Positions 1 through 11,046 are shown, counted from the first letter of the stretch. The stretch: 64,000 bases of DNA from an uncultured Actinomycetota bacterium (GCA_963749375.1 CAVVNB010000009.1:116122-180121), one strand, 5' to 3'. Numbers and translations are program-made. Notes: a model not told the origin generated them from the sequence alone.

Positions 1-626
1 GGCGCAGGGTGGTGCCCGTCGTCGCCGATGTCCGCGACCTCGCCGCGTTGGAGGCCGGCGTGCAGGCCGGCATCGACGAACTCGGCGACATTGACATCGT
101 CATCGCCAATGCCGGAGTGGTGGCGATCGGGGACCCTGCAACGCGCGCCGAACCGGTGTTCACCACGATCGTCGACACCAACCTCAAGGGTGTGTGGCAC
201 ACGATGTTGGCGACGGTGCCCTCCATCATCCGCAAGGGACGCGGCGGGTCGGTCGTCCTGGTCAGCTCGTCGCAAGGCCTGACCGGCCGGGGCGGTGACG
301 GCAGCGCCGCGATGTTCGCCTACGCCGCGTCCAAGCACGGCGTGGTGGGCCTGATGCGATCGGCGGCGAACGCGTACGGGCCACACAAGATTCGGGTCAA
401 CTCGGTCAACCCCAGTGGTGTCGCGACACCGATGATCATCAACGACTTCGTGATCAAAGGCATGACCGAGAATCCGAATCCGGCCGTCTCGCAGATGTTG
501 CTGCCCGACGTGCCGCTGGTCGAGCCGCGAGACGTCACCGAGGCCGTGCTGTGGCTCGTCAGCCCCAGAGCGCGCTACGTCACCGGTGTGTCGGTTCCCG
601 TCGACGCCGGCCACCTCGTCATGTAG
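1..626 (+). CDS. SDR oxidoreductase, mycofactocin-coupled/carveol dehydrogenase-like; 5' end outside the window
   Basis: ANAG motif, catalytic YAASKHGVVGLMR, IRVNSVNP, C-terminal VTGVSVPVDAG. Confidence 0.85.
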   Translation, partial: RRVVPVVADVRDLAALEAGVQAGIDELGDIDIVIANAGVVAIGDPATRAEPVFTTIVDTNLKGVWHTMLATVPSIIRKGRGGSVVLVSSSQGLTGRGGDGSAAMFAYAASKHGVVGLMRSAANAYGPHKIRVNSVNPSGVATPMIINDFVIKGMTENPNPAVSQMLLPDVPLVEPRDVTEAVLWLVSPRARYVTGVSVPVDAGHLVM

Positions 627-1715
627 CTAGCCCACCAGCACGGCGTAGCGCGGCTTGATCACCTCGTCGATGATCGCCAACCGCTCGTCGAACGGGATGA
701 ACGCCGACTTCATCGCATTGACGGTGAACCGCTGAAGGTCGCCCCACCCGTAGCCGAAGGCGTCGACGAGAAGCGCCATCTCGCGGGTCATCGTGGTGTC
801 ACTCATCAATCGGTTATCGGTGTTGACGGTGACCCGGAATCGCGTCCGGGCCAACAGGTCGAACGGATGCTCGGCGATGCTGGCGGCCGCGCCGGTCTGC
901 ACATTGGAGCTCGGACACATCTCCAGCGGAATCCGCTTGTCCCGCAGGATAGCTGCCAGTCGGCCGAGTCGCACCTCGCCGTCCTCGGCGACGTCGATGT
1001 CGTCGACGATGCGCACGCCGTGGCCCAGCCGATCGGCGCCGCAGTAGGCGATTGCCTCTTGAATCGAAGGCAGACCGAATGCCTCACCAGCGTGAATCGT
1101 GAAGCGGGCGTTATTGTTTCGCATGTATTCGAAGGCGTCCAGGTGCCGGGTCGGTGGGTAACCGGCCTCCGCGCCGGCGATGTCGAAGCCGACGACGCCC
1201 TTGTCGCGGAAGCGGATTGCCAACTCGGCGATCTCCCGGGATACCGCGGCGTGCCGCATCGCGGTGACCAGACAGCGCACGACGATCGGACGCCCGGCGG
1301 CCGCCGCCGCCTTCTCCCCGTCGGCGAAGCCGGCGAGCACGGCGTCGACCACCGCGTCGAACGACAGGCCCTGGTTGATGTGCAGCTCGGGGGCGAACCG
1401 CACTTCGGCGTAGACCACCGCGTCCCCGGCCAGGTCTTCCACGCACTCGGAGGCGACGCGGTGCAGCGACTCGGGGGTTTGCATCACCGCGACGGTGTGC
1501 GAGAACGGTTCGAGGTAGCGCTCCAGCGATCCACTGTGCGACGCGGTGCGAAACCACTGCGCAAGCGCATCGACGTCGGTCGCGGGCAGGCCTTCGTACC
1601 CGATCTGACCGGCGATGTCGAGCACGGTCGCCGGGCGTAGGCCGCCGTCGAGATGATCGTGCAGCAGCGCCTTCGGCGCGCGCTTGATCGTCTCGAGGCT
1701 CAGTGGCGTCGTCAT
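627..1715 (-). CDS. add: Adenosine deaminase
   Basis: [24 protein letters not shown] and NTDN motifs; in an operon with deoA and cdd. Confidence 0.95.
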   Translation of the reverse strand: MTTPLSLETIKRAPKALLHDHLDGGLRPATVLDIAGQIGYEGLPATDVDALAQWFRTASHSGSLERYLEPFSHTVAVMQTPESLHRVASECVEDLAGDAVVYAEVRFAPELHINQGLSFDAVVDAVLAGFADGEKAAAAAGRPIVVRCLVTAMRHAAVSREIAELAIRFRDKGVVGFDIAGAEAGYPPTRHLDAFEYMRNNNARFTIHAGEAFGLPSIQEAIAYCGADRLGHGVRIVDDIDVAEDGEVRLGRLAAILRDKRIPLEMCPSSNVQTGAAASIAEHPFDLLARTRFRVTVNTDNRLMSDTTMTREMALLVDAFGYGWGDLQRFTVNAMKSAFIPFDERLAIIDEVIKPRYAVLVG

Positions 1716-3008
1716 GGGGTGATCCGATCGATGATCAATGGCCGTCCGTCAGGAGGCGTGTCGGTGATTGCGAAGCCCGCGTTCAACTCGGCCATCGCAC
1801 TCGGAAACCGTTCCGGCGTATCGGTGTAAAGGGTGAACAGCGGGTCGCCGGCCGCCACCGGGCTCCCGGAGCGGCGATGGATCTGGATCCCGGCACCGGC
1901 CTGGACCGCTTCGCCCGGACGGGATCTGCCCGCGCCGAGCCGCCACACCGCCAGCCCCACTGCCATTGCGTCGATGTCACCCATTGTGCCGCCTCGCGCG
2001 GCGGTGACGGTTTCGGAGTACTTACCAACCGGCAACGGTACGGACAAGTCTCCGCCCTGCGCGGCGACCAGTGCCCGGAACCGATCCATCGCCGACCCGT
2101 CCCGCAGTGTCTGCTCGGGATCACGGGCGTCGATGCCGGCAAGTTCGAGCATCTCGCGAGCCAGACCCACCGTCAGTTCCACCACGTCGGGTGGGCCGCC
2201 GCCGTCGAGCACCTCCAGCGCTTCGGTGACTTCGAGCGCGTTGCCCACGGCCGCGCCCAGCGGACGATTCATGTCGGTCAGCACCGCACACGTCGACAGC
2301 CCATGTTCGGCGCCCAGCGCGACCATGGTCTCGGCCAGGTCCCGGCATCGGGCCTCGGAGCCCATCAACGCGCCGGAACCGACCTTCACGTCGAGCACCA
2401 ATGCGCCGGCACCCTCGGCGATCTTCTTGCTCATCACCGAGCTGGCGATCAGCGGCAGCGACTCGACGGTGGCGGTGATGTCGCGCAGCGCATAGAGTTT
2501 CGCGTCGGCGGGCGCCAGCTGGCCGGCCGCGAAGATGGCCGCTCCGACGTCGCAAAGTTGTTGACGCACTTGCGACATTGGTCAATGTCCCGGTGAAGCC
2601 GGCGATGGACTCCAGCTTGTCCAGGGTCCCGCCGGTGTGGCCGAGTCCGCGGCCGGAGGCCTGTGGCACGACGCCACCGCACGCGGCGATCACCGACACC
2701 AACGGCAGCGTGATCTTGTCGCCCACCCCGCCGGTGGAATGTTTATCGACGGTCCGCACCGGTTTGCCGTCGCGCCGTAAATCGGTGAAGTCCAACCGGT
2801 CACCGGAGGCCACCATCGCCGCGGTCCAGCGCGCGATCTCGCGGTAATCCATGCCCTGCAGGAACACCGCCATCAGCAGCGCCGACATCTGCTCGTCGGC
2901 GATCTGCCCGCGGGTGTAGGCGTCGATGACCCAGTCGATCGCGTCGTCGGACAGTGCGCCGCCATCGCGTTTGGTCCTGATCACCGTCGGCGCATCGAAG
3001 TGGTTCAC
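1712..3008 (-). CDS. deoA: Thymidine phosphorylase; +1 frameshift near 2578, probably a sequencing error
   Basis: ORF 2121-3008 has [11 protein letters not shown] and [16 protein letters not shown]; ORF 1712-2578 has [11 protein letters not shown]...DVKVGSGA. Confidence 0.92.
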
Positions 3009-3418
3009 GCGCGGCCCCGTTGGTAATCCGCGAGGTCGTCCGGACCAAAGGCGTCGGGCAGCAAGACCCCGAGCCGTCGCGGCCCATCAGGGTGGTCGAT
3101 GAGTAAGTCTGGACCGCCGTGTTCCAGCAACACCTGACGGCATCGGCCGCATGGCATGAGCAGCGCCCCGTCGCCGTCGACACAGGCCAGCGCGAGCAGC
3201 CTGCCACCACCGGTCGAATGCAGCGCGCACACCACCGCGCACTCCGCGCAGAGACCTAGGCCATATGAGACATTCTCCACATTGCAGCCGATGATCACCC
3301 GGCCGTCGTCGACCAGAGCGGCAGCGCCCACCGGGAAGCTGGAGTAGGGCGCATACGCTCCTTGCGCTGCATGAGTTGCTCTGTCGCGCAGCGCCTTCCA
3401 GTCGATCGCGTCAGCCAC
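3005..3418 (-). CDS. cdd: Cytidine deaminase
   Basis: AYAPYS, GCNVEN, CAEC and PCGRCRQ zinc motifs; GTG start at 3418 chosen, ATG at 3439 also possible. Confidence 0.93.
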   Translation of the reverse strand: MADAIDWKALRDRATHAAQGAYAPYSSFPVGAAALVDDGRVIIGCNVENVSYGLGLCAECAVVCALHSTGGGRLLALACVDGDGALLMPCGRCRQVLLEHGGPDLLIDHPDGPRRLGVLLPDAFGPDDLADYQRGRA

Positions 3419-3624
3419 GGTCCCGATTCCACGCGTCATTGCAGTGCATTCGAACTATCCCGTCCGCTGTTGGCTAATTCACATGGCCAGCCTAGATTCT
3501 GCGCGTGCAAAAGCGTCGGCGGACACGAAGCGCGTCATTCGGTCGCAAGAATGGGCAGCCGAGCCCGCGATTGGGGCTAAATTTAAATCGCCCGCTGCCA
3601 CTCGCCACTGGAGGGGAGGCGCTG

Positions 3625-4053
3625 ATGACGACGACATCCGCGAATCCGGCCACGCCGGGCGAGTCATCGCGAATACGCCGTCTGCGCCGAACGCTTTATC
3701 GCGGCGATCCGGGCATGTGGTCCTGGGTATTGCACCGCATCACCGGTGCCACCGTCTTCTTCTTCTTGTTCATCCACGTGCTGGACACCGCGCTGGTCCG
3801 GATCAGCCCGCAGGCCTACAACGAGGTCATCTCGACCTATAAGACGCCGCTCGTGGGCCTGATGGAGCTGGGGTTGGTCGCCGCGGTGCTCTATCACGCA
3901 CTCAACGGCATCCGCGTCATCCTGATCGATTTCTGGGGGCAGGGCCCCCGCTATCAGCGGCTGATGCTGTGGGTGATCGGCATCGTCTGGGTGCTGGTCG
4001 TGGTGCCCGCCGCAGTGGTCGTTGCCATCCACATGATCGGACACTTCCGATGA
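3625..4053 (+). CDS. sdhC: Succinate dehydrogenase cytochrome b556 subunit
   Basis: WSWVLHRITG and YHALNGIRVILIDFW; SD GGAGG upstream of ATG 3625. Confidence 0.93.
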   Translation: MTTTSANPATPGESSRIRRLRRTLYRGDPGMWSWVLHRITGATVFFFLFIHVLDTALVRISPQAYNEVISTYKTPLVGLMELGLVAAVLYHALNGIRVILIDFWGQGPRYQRLMLWVIGIVWVLVVVPAAVVVAIHMIGHFR

Positions 4054-4520
4054 GCTCACCCGATCTGCAATTGGGCCGCGGCCAGGTCGCTCCGGTCCGG
4101 CAGCGCAGCCACGATCGCCCGGCCAGCCTCGACAATCCGCGCGCCCCGCGTCGGCGGACCGGCATGCCGAACTTCGAGAAATACGCCTGGTTGTTCATGC
4201 GGTTCTCCGGCCTCGTGCTGGTCTTCCTGGCGCTCGGGCATCTGTTCGTGATGCTGATGTGGGAAGACGGCGTCTACCGCATCGACTTCAACTACGTTGC
4301 GCAGCGGTGGCATTCGCCGTTCTGGCAGACGTGGGATCTGTTGCTGCTCTGGCTGGCTCAGCTGCACGGCGGCAACGGGCTGCGCACCATCATCGACGAC
4401 TACAGCCGCAAGGACTCCACCCGCTTCTGGCTGAACAGCCTGCTCGTCCTGTCGATGACGTTCACGTTGGTGCTCGGGACCTATGTGCTGCTGACTTTCG
4501 ACCCGAATATCGGAGGCTGA
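4050..4520 (+). CDS. sdhD: Succinate dehydrogenase membrane anchor subunit
   Basis: FMRFSG and LHGGNGLRTIIDDY; ATGA overlap with sdhC. Confidence 0.92.
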   Translation: MSSPDLQLGRGQVAPVRQRSHDRPASLDNPRAPRRRTGMPNFEKYAWLFMRFSGLVLVFLALGHLFVMLMWEDGVYRIDFNYVAQRWHSPFWQTWDLLLLWLAQLHGGNGLRTIIDDYSRKDSTRFWLNSLLVLSMTFTLVLGTYVLLTFDPNIGG

Positions 4521-4530
4521 ATTGCTTAAA

Positions 4531-4572
4531 CCACCTCCTCCTCACCGCTCCGCGCTGCATCGTCGGCGGTGG
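4531..4572 (-). repeat. MIRU-like interspersed repetitive unit, single degenerate copy
   Basis: Minus strand reads CGCCGACGATGCAGCGCGGAGCGGTGAGGAGGAGGTGG, close to the recalled MIRU core GACGATGCAGAGCGTAGCGATGAGGAGGAG. Confidence 0.7.
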
Positions 4573-4577
4573 TGCCG

Positions 4578-6350
4578 GTGATTAGCGAACACCGTTACGA
4601 CGTGGTGATCGTCGGCGCCGGCGGGGCCGGGATGCGGGCGGCCGTGGAAGCCGGACCTCGCGTGCGCACAGCGGTTTTGACGAAGCTCTACCCGACGCGC
4701 AGCCACACCGGCGCGGCCCAGGGGGGCATGTGCGCGGCGCTGGCCAATGTCGAGGACGACAACTGGGAATGGCACACCTTCGACACCGTCAAGGGTGGCG
4801 ACTACCTCGCCGACCAGGACGCGGTCGAGGTGATGTGCAAGGAAGCGATCGACGCGGTGCTCGATCTGGAGAAGATGGGGATGCCGTTCAACCGCACCCC
4901 CGAGGGCCGCATCGACCAGCGCCGCTTCGGCGGGCACACCCGCGACCACGGCAAGGCGCCGGTGCGCCGGTCTTGTTACGCCGCAGACCGTACCGGCCAC
5001 ATGATTCTGCAGACGCTGTACCAGAACTGCGTCAAGCACGATGTCGAGTTCTTCAACGAGTTCTACGCGCTCGACCTGGTGCTCAGCGAGACCCCGAACG
5101 GCCCCGTCGCGACCGGCGTCGTCGCCTACGAACTGGCTACCGGCAACATTCACATCTTTCACGCCAAGGCTGTCGTGCTCGCCACCGGCGGCTCGGGCCG
5201 GATGTACAAGACCACGTCCAACGCGCACACGCTGACCGGCGACGGCATCGGCATCGTGTTCCGCAAGGGACTTCCGTTGGAGGACATGGAATTTCACCAA
5301 TTCCATCCGACCGGCCTGGCCGGGCTGGGCATCCTGATCTCCGAAGCGGTGCGCGGCGAGGGCGGTCGGCTGCTCAACGGCGAGGGCGAGCGCTTCATGG
5401 AGCGCTACGCGCCGACGATCGTCGACCTGGCTCCCCGCGACATCGTCGCCCGCTCGATGGTGCGTGAAGTGCTGGAGGGCCGCGGCGCCGGCCCGCACAA
5501 GGACTACGTCTACATCGACGTCCGCCATCTCGGTGCCGACGTGCTGGCCGCCAAGCTGCCCGACATCACCGAGTTCGCCCGCACCTATCTGGGCGTGGAT
5601 CCGGTCAAGGAACTGGTCCCGGTCTACCCGACGTGCCACTACGTGATGGGCGGCATCCCGACCACGATCACCGGTCAGGTGCTGCGGGACAACACCAACA
5701 CCGTGCCGGGTCTGTATGCGGCCGGCGAATGCGCATGCGTCTCGGTGCACGGCGCCAACCGGCTCGGCACCAATTCGCTGCTGGACATCAACGTCTTCGG
5801 CCGTCGCGCCGGCATCGCCGCGGCCGCCTATGCCAAGGGCCACGATTTCGTCGACATGCCGCCGGACCCGGCGACGATGGTGGTCGGCTGGGTCGGCGAC
5901 ATCCTGTCCGAGCACGGCAACGAGCGGGTCGCCGACATCCGCGGCGCGCTGCAACAGACGATGGACAACAACGCCGCGGTGTTCCGCACCGAGGAGACCC
6001 TGAAGCAGGCGTTGACCGACATTCACGCACTCAAGGAGCGCTATTCCCGAATCTCGGTGCACGACAAGGGAAAGCGTTTCAACAGCGACCTGCTGGAGGC
6101 GATCGAGCTGGGCTTCCTGCTGGAACTCGCCGAGGTCACCGTGGTAGGTGCGTTGAACCGCAAGGAATCTCGCGGCGGCCACGCGCGCGAGGACTACCCG
6201 AACCGCGACGACGTCAACTACATGCGCCACACCATGGCCTATAAGGAAATTGGGGCCGGTAAGCAGGGCCCCGATCTGCTCAGCGACATCCGGCTGGACT
6301 TCAAGCCCGTGGTGCAGACCCGTTACGAACCCAAGGAGCGGAAGTACTGA
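4578..6350 (+). CDS. sdhA: Succinate dehydrogenase flavoprotein subunit
   Basis: GAGGAG, RSHTGAAQGG, QFHPTG, HYVMGGI, HGANRLGTNSL, ESRGGH. Confidence 0.97.
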   Translation: MISEHRYDVVIVGAGGAGMRAAVEAGPRVRTAVLTKLYPTRSHTGAAQGGMCAALANVEDDNWEWHTFDTVKGGDYLADQDAVEVMCKEAIDAVLDLEKMGMPFNRTPEGRIDQRRFGGHTRDHGKAPVRRSCYAADRTGHMILQTLYQNCVKHDVEFFNEFYALDLVLSETPNGPVATGVVAYELATGNIHIFHAKAVVLATGGSGRMYKTTSNAHTLTGDGIGIVFRKGLPLEDMEFHQFHPTGLAGLGILISEAVRGEGGRLLNGEGERFMERYAPTIVDLAPRDIVARSMVREVLEGRGAGPHKDYVYIDVRHLGADVLAAKLPDITEFARTYLGVDPVKELVPVYPTCHYVMGGIPTTITGQVLRDNTNTVPGLYAAGECACVSVHGANRLGTNSLLDINVFGRRAGIAAAAYAKGHDFVDMPPDPATMVVGWVGDILSEHGNERVADIRGALQQTMDNNAAVFRTEETLKQALTDIHALKERYSRISVHDKGKRFNSDLLEAIELGFLLELAEVTVVGALNRKESRGGHAREDYPNRDDVNYMRHTMAYKEIGAGKQGPDLLSDIRLDFKPVVQTRYEPKERKY

Positions 6351-7151
6351 TGAGCTCGGACGTTGACGTGCAGGCCGCCCCGGCCGGTGACCCGCCGCCT
6401 GCCGGCGATCCCTGAGGGCTCGACGATGGTGACGCTGCGGATCGCCCGATTCAATCCGGAGAACCCAGAGCAGTACGCCGATTCCGATGGCTGGCAGAGC
6501 TTCCGGGTACCGTGCCTGCCCACCGACCGGGTGCTCAACCTGCTGATCTACGTCAAGAGCTACCTCGACGGCACGCTGACCTTCCGGCGGTCCTGCGCCC
6601 ACGGCGTGTGTGGCTCGGACGCGGTGCGCATCAACGGCAAGAACCGGCTGGCCTGCAAGATGCTGATGCGCGACCTGCTGCCGAGCAAGCCCAAAAAAGA
6701 CTTCACCATCACGATCGAGCCGATCCGCGGGCTGCCCGTGGAGAAGGACCTGATCGTCGACATGGAACCGTTCTTCGACGCCTACCGCGCGGTCAAGCCG
6801 TACCTGATCACCAGTGGCAATCCCCCGACGCGGGAACGCATTCAGAGCCAGACCGACCGCGCCCGCTACGACGACACGACCAAGTGCATCCTGTGCGCGG
6901 CATGCACCACCAGCTGCCCGGTGTTCTGGAGCGAGGGCAGCTACTTCGGCCCCGCGGCGATCGTCAACGCGCACCGGTTCATCTTCGACAGCCGTGACGA
7001 GGCCGCCGCCGAGCGGCTCGACATCCTCAACGAGGTCGACGGCGTCTGGCGCTGCCGCACCACGTTCAACTGCACCGACGCCTGCCCGCGGGGCATCGAG
7101 GTGACCAAGGCGATCCAAGAGGTCAAGCGCGCGCTGATGTTCACCCGCTGA
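6350..7151 (+). CDS. sdhB: Succinate dehydrogenase iron-sulfur subunit; +1 frameshift near 6398
   Basis: SCAHGVCGSD, CILCAACTTSCP, CRTTFNCTDACP. The ATG at 6350 overlaps the sdhA stop (TGATG) but is out of frame with the body. Confidence 0.93.
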
Positions 7152-7178
7152 GCGGTTTTGGGTGGCCGGCAGTCGGCC

Positions 7179-7205
7179 CGTCACACATCCAGGGGCTGCC
7201 TCGTC
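7179..7205 (+). promoter_or_regulatory. ECF41/SigJ-type promoter
   Basis: CGTCACA-N16-CGTC versus ECF41 consensus TGTCACA-N16-CGTC; 8 nt before ATG 7214. Confidence 0.75.
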
Positions 7206-7213
7206 TGACTGGT

Positions 7214-7825
7214 ATGACCACGAAAACCCGCATCGCACCCCTGTCCCCCCAACGGGCCAACTGGCTCGTCCGCGCGATGTACCGCTACACCAAGCGGCGC
7301 TTCGGCGAAGTCCCTGAGCCGTTCGCGGTCCAGGCACACCACCCCCGGCTGTTGGTCGCCAACGCGGTGCACGAGGCGTTGTTGCAGTCGGCGTCGCGGC
7401 GGCTGCCGGCTGACGTCCGCAACCTCGCGGTGTTCTGGACCGCGCGCACCATTGGCTGCTCCTGGTGCGTCGACTTCGGCCAGATGATGCAGCGCCTCGA
7501 CGGACTCGACGTCGAACGGCTCCAAGAGATCGACAACTACGCGACGTCTCCGCGTTTCACCGACGACGAGCGGGCCGCCATCGCGTATGCCGACGCGATG
7601 ACCGTCGATCCGCACACGGTGACCGATGAGCAGGTGGCCGATCTGTGCGGCCGCTTCGGCGACGACGGAGTGATCGAGCTGACCTACCAGATCGGAGTCG
7701 AGAACATGCGTGCCCGAATGAATTCCGCGCTGGGCATCACCGAGCAGGGTTTCAACTCCGGTTCTGCTTGCCGGGTCCCTTGGACAACCGAGCCGTCGGC
7801 TGATTCGCCAGCGGCGAACCGGTGA
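7214..7825 (+). CDS. Carboxymuconolactone decarboxylase / AhpD-family protein
   Basis: GCSWCVDFG CxxC motif and ERAAIAYADAMT; adjacent to an ECF41 sigma factor. Confidence 0.88.
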   Translation: MTTKTRIAPLSPQRANWLVRAMYRYTKRRFGEVPEPFAVQAHHPRLLVANAVHEALLQSASRRLPADVRNLAVFWTARTIGCSWCVDFGQMMQRLDGLDVERLQEIDNYATSPRFTDDERAAIAYADAMTVDPHTVTDEQVADLCGRFGDDGVIELTYQIGVENMRARMNSALGITEQGFNSGSACRVPWTTEPSADSPAANR

Positions 7826-8699
7826 ACTTCTCCGGGTTCGCAATATCCCATAGGGCGCTGACCTTTCCGTCCCTCACCGTCACCGCGGTGATTCGCGGCA
7901 TGATCGCCTGATACCCGTCGTCACCCGACGATCCCGACGTGTACGCGCCGAGTTCGCCGTTGATCAGCGCCGGCTGGCTCGTGGTCACGAAGGACGGCCC
8001 GTAACGCTGCGCGAGACCGAACAGGAACCGCGCGACCTTGTCCGGCCCGTGGATGACGCGGGGCGCTGTCGGCGCAACCCGGTTGGAATCGCCGGTGAAC
8101 GTCACTCCCGGATGCAGGAGCGCAATCGTGGCGGCCAGGTCGCCGGACGCCATGGCAGCCATCAGCTTGACCACCACCTCGTCGTGCGCCGGATCGGGTT
8201 TCGGTGGCGGCTCGGCGCTCACCGCCCGGCGGGCCCGCGACGCCAATTGCCGAGCGGCCGCCGCGGTTGTCCCGAGCACCTCGGCAACCTCAGCGAACGG
8301 CACGGCAAATCCGTCATGCAAGACGAAGGCAACGCGCTGATCCGGCGACAGACGTTCCAGCACCACCATCGCCGCGAACCGCGCATCCTCGTGGGCGACC
8401 ACCACCGACAGTGGATCGTCGCGGTCGAATCCGGTGACGACCGGTTCCGGTAACCACTGGCCCACGTAGGTTTCCCGCCGGTGCGCAGCCGATCGCAGCC
8501 GATCCAGCCCGAGCCGGCTGACGACCGTCGTCAACCAGGCTCGTAGATCAGCGATTTCGCCGTTGTACGCTTCCCAGCGCAGCCAAGCGTCCTGCACGAT
8601 GTCTTCGGCGTCGGCCACCGTACCGGTCAGGCGGTAGGCAACCGACATGAGATGGGGCCGCAGTGCCTCGAACTCGGTGACCTGCTCCGCAGAGGCCAT
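7752..8699 (-). CDS. sigJ: ECF41 sigma factor SigJ with C-terminal SnoaL-like extension
   Basis: AYRLTGTVADAEDIVQDAWLRW, YVGQWLPEP, FVLHDGF, NPEKF. Confidence 0.92.
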   Translation of the reverse strand: MASAEQVTEFEALRPHLMSVAYRLTGTVADAEDIVQDAWLRWEAYNGEIADLRAWLTTVVSRLGLDRLRSAAHRRETYVGQWLPEPVVTGFDRDDPLSVVVAHEDARFAAMVVLERLSPDQRVAFVLHDGFAVPFAEVAEVLGTTAAAARQLASRARRAVSAEPPPKPDPAHDEVVVKLMAAMASGDLAATIALLHPGVTFTGDSNRVAPTAPRVIHGPDKVARFLFGLAQRYGPSFVTTSQPALINGELGAYTSGSSGDDGYQAIMPRITAVTVRDGKVSALWDIANPEKFTGSPLANQPTARLSKGPGKQNRS

Positions 8700-8725
8700 C
8701 ACCCGAGCGTAACCTTCACGATCAC

Positions 8726-10048
8726 ATGACTGACCATCTCTGGCTGCACTTCGCCAAGCACGGCCCGGGCATCACGCCGCCGATCATCACGCGCGGCGAA
8801 GGCGTGACGATCTTCGACGACGCCGGCAAGAGTTACCTCGATGGGCTGTCGGGTCTGTTCACCGTGCAGGTCGGACACGGCCGCGCCGAGTTGGCGGAGG
8901 CGGCCGCCCGCCAGGCCGGCACGCTGGCGTTCTTTCCGCTGTGGGGGTACGCAACTCCGCCCGCTATCGAGCTGGCCGACCGGATCGCCGGATACGCCCC
9001 GGGAGACCTGAACCGGGTGTTCTTCACCAGCGGTGGGACCGAGGCGGTCGAGACGGCATGGAAGGTGGCCAAGCAATTCTTCAAGCTGACCGGCAAACCC
9101 GGTAAGCACAAGGTCATTTCGCGAGCGATCGCCTATCACGGCACCACTCAGGGTGCGCTCGCCATCACCGGCCTGCCGAAATACAAGGCGCCGTTCGAAC
9201 CGGTCACGCCGGGTGGCTTCCGGGTGCCGAACACCAATTTCTATCGTGCGCCCGAGACTTTCGCCGCCGACATCAAGGGCTACGGGCAATGGGCGGCCGA
9301 TCGTATCGCCGAGGCAATCGAGTTCGAGGGACCCGATACCGTCGCCGCGGTCTTCCTCGAGCCGGTGCAAAATGCGGGCGGCTCGATCCCGCCTCCTCCC
9401 GGATATTTCGAACGGGTGCGAGAGATCTGCGACCACTACGACGTGCTGCTGGTCTCCGACGAGGTGATCTGTGCGTTCGGCCGCATCGGGTCGATGTTCG
9501 CCTGCTCCGACTTCAACTACGTGCCCGACATGATCACCTGCGCGAAAGGGATGACGTCGGGATATTCGCCGTTGGGCGCAATGATCGCCAGCGAGCGAAT
9601 ATTCGAGCCGTTCTACGGCACCGACACGATGTTCGCGCACGGCTACACCTTCGGTGGCCATCCGGTATCGACGGCGGTCGCGTTGGCCAACCTCGACATC
9701 TTCGAGCGCGAGGGCCTCAACGACCGCGTCAAGCAGCAGTCCCCCGCGCTGCGGGCCACCCTGGAGAAGCTCTACGACCTGCCGATCGTCGGCGATGTCC
9801 GCGGCGAGGGTTACTTCTACTCGATCGAGCTGGTCAAGAATCAGGCGACCCGCGAGACCTTCACGAGCGAAGAGACCGCAAAACTGTTGCCGCACATCGC
9901 GTCATCGCTGTTCGAGGCGGGGCTCTACTGCCGCACCGATGATCGGGGTGACCCGGTCGTCGTTATCGCACCCCCACTGATCAGCGGGCCACCCGAGTTC
10001 GAGACGATCGAAACCATCTTGCGCAGTGTGCTGAAGGACGCGTTATGA
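8726..10048 (+). CDS. Class III PLP aminotransferase (Rv3329-like)
   Basis: SGGTEAVETAWK, AYHGTT, SDEVICAFGR, TCAKGMTSGY. Confidence 0.9.
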   Translation: MTDHLWLHFAKHGPGITPPIITRGEGVTIFDDAGKSYLDGLSGLFTVQVGHGRAELAEAAARQAGTLAFFPLWGYATPPAIELADRIAGYAPGDLNRVFFTSGGTEAVETAWKVAKQFFKLTGKPGKHKVISRAIAYHGTTQGALAITGLPKYKAPFEPVTPGGFRVPNTNFYRAPETFAADIKGYGQWAADRIAEAIEFEGPDTVAAVFLEPVQNAGGSIPPPPGYFERVREICDHYDVLLVSDEVICAFGRIGSMFACSDFNYVPDMITCAKGMTSGYSPLGAMIASERIFEPFYGTDTMFAHGYTFGGHPVSTAVALANLDIFEREGLNDRVKQQSPALRATLEKLYDLPIVGDVRGEGYFYSIELVKNQATRETFTSEETAKLLPHIASSLFEAGLYCRTDDRGDPVVVIAPPLISGPPEFETIETILRSVLKDAL

Positions 10049-11046
10049 GCAAACCGCCCATCGACCCGATCCGGTGGCAGCCACCTCCGTCGCGGCCGCT
10101 CCCCGAGCCGGATTTCACTGCGGCACTGCACATCGTCGATGTGCCGGGCACGGCGGCCGAGGACGTCGTCGCCGATGCCGACGGCAACATCTGGACCGGC
10201 GTCGAGGACGGGCGCATCATCAAGATCAGCCCCGACGGCAGTTCTGTGCAGGCGGTCGCCGACACCGGCGGACGACCGCTGGGCCTGGCGGTTGCCCACG
10301 ACGGCCGTCTGCTGATCTGCGACAGCCATCGCGGCCTGCTGCGGTACGACCCGGCCGGCGGGGTCATCGAGACGCTGGTCGCCGAGATCGACGGTCGCCC
10401 GCTGACCTTCTGCTCCAATGTCGTCGAATCATCGGACGGCACAATCTTTTTCACCGAGTCGACAAGCCGCTTCTACTACGAGCACTACAAGGGCTCGATC
10501 ATCGAGGGTCGCCCGACCGGCGCGCTGTTCCGGCGTGACACCGACGGCACGGTCACCGAACTGGCCGGTGGCTTGTACTTCGCCAACGGGGTGACGCTGA
10601 CCGCCGACGAGTCGGCCGTGGTGTTCGCCGAGAGCGCCGGATGCCGGGTGTCGAAGTACTGGCTGACCGGAGACCGGGCCGGCACGATCACCCCATTGGT
10701 CGCCGAGCTGCCCGGCTATCCCGACAACATCTCCACCGGTCTGGACGGCCGGATCTGGGTGGCGCTGGTGTCCGACCGCAACGCGCTCAACGAATGGCTG
10801 GGGCCGCGCACGCCGATCATCCGCGCCGTGATGTGGCGGCTGCTGCCCTACCGCTGGCTGCCCAACCCGAAACCGACGGTATGGGTCGTCGGGTTCGACC
10901 CCCACGATGGGCACGTGGTGGCCCAGCTGCACACCCAACACCCGGACTTCGGCCTGGCCACCGGGGTGGTGGAGACGCCGGGTCGGCTGTGGCTGGGCCG
11001 CATCGCCGGACCGGGGATCTGTTACCTCCCCATTATCAACTATTGA
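10045..11046 (+). CDS. SMP-30/gluconolactonase/strictosidine synthase-like beta-propeller protein
   Basis: [23 protein letters not shown]. Confidence 0.87.
   Translation: MSKPPIDPIRWQPPPSRPLPEPDFTAALHIVDVPGTAAEDVVADADGNIWTGVEDGRIIKISPDGSSVQAVADTGGRPLGLAVAHDGRLLICDSHRGLLRYDPAGGVIETLVAEIDGRPLTFCSNVVESSDGTIFFTESTSRFYYEHYKGSIIEGRPTGALFRRDTDGTVTELAGGLYFANGVTLTADESAVVFAESAGCRVSKYWLTGDRAGTITPLVAELPGYPDNISTGLDGRIWVALVSDRNALNEWLGPRTPIIRAVMWRLLPYRWLPNPKPTVWVVGFDPHDGHVVAQLHTQHPDFGLATGVVETPGRLWLGRIAGPGICYLPIINY

Noticed and set aside
3468-3483. CRP-like site TGTTG-N6-TCACA upstream of sdhC
   Set aside because: Only one good half-site; not supportable without conservation data.
4542-7337. 931-aa antisense ORF across sdhAB, and similar long shadow ORFs (34933-36936, 58021-59421, 61691-63037)
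   Set aside because: Antisense open frames are expected from high GC3 codon bias; no recognisable motifs.
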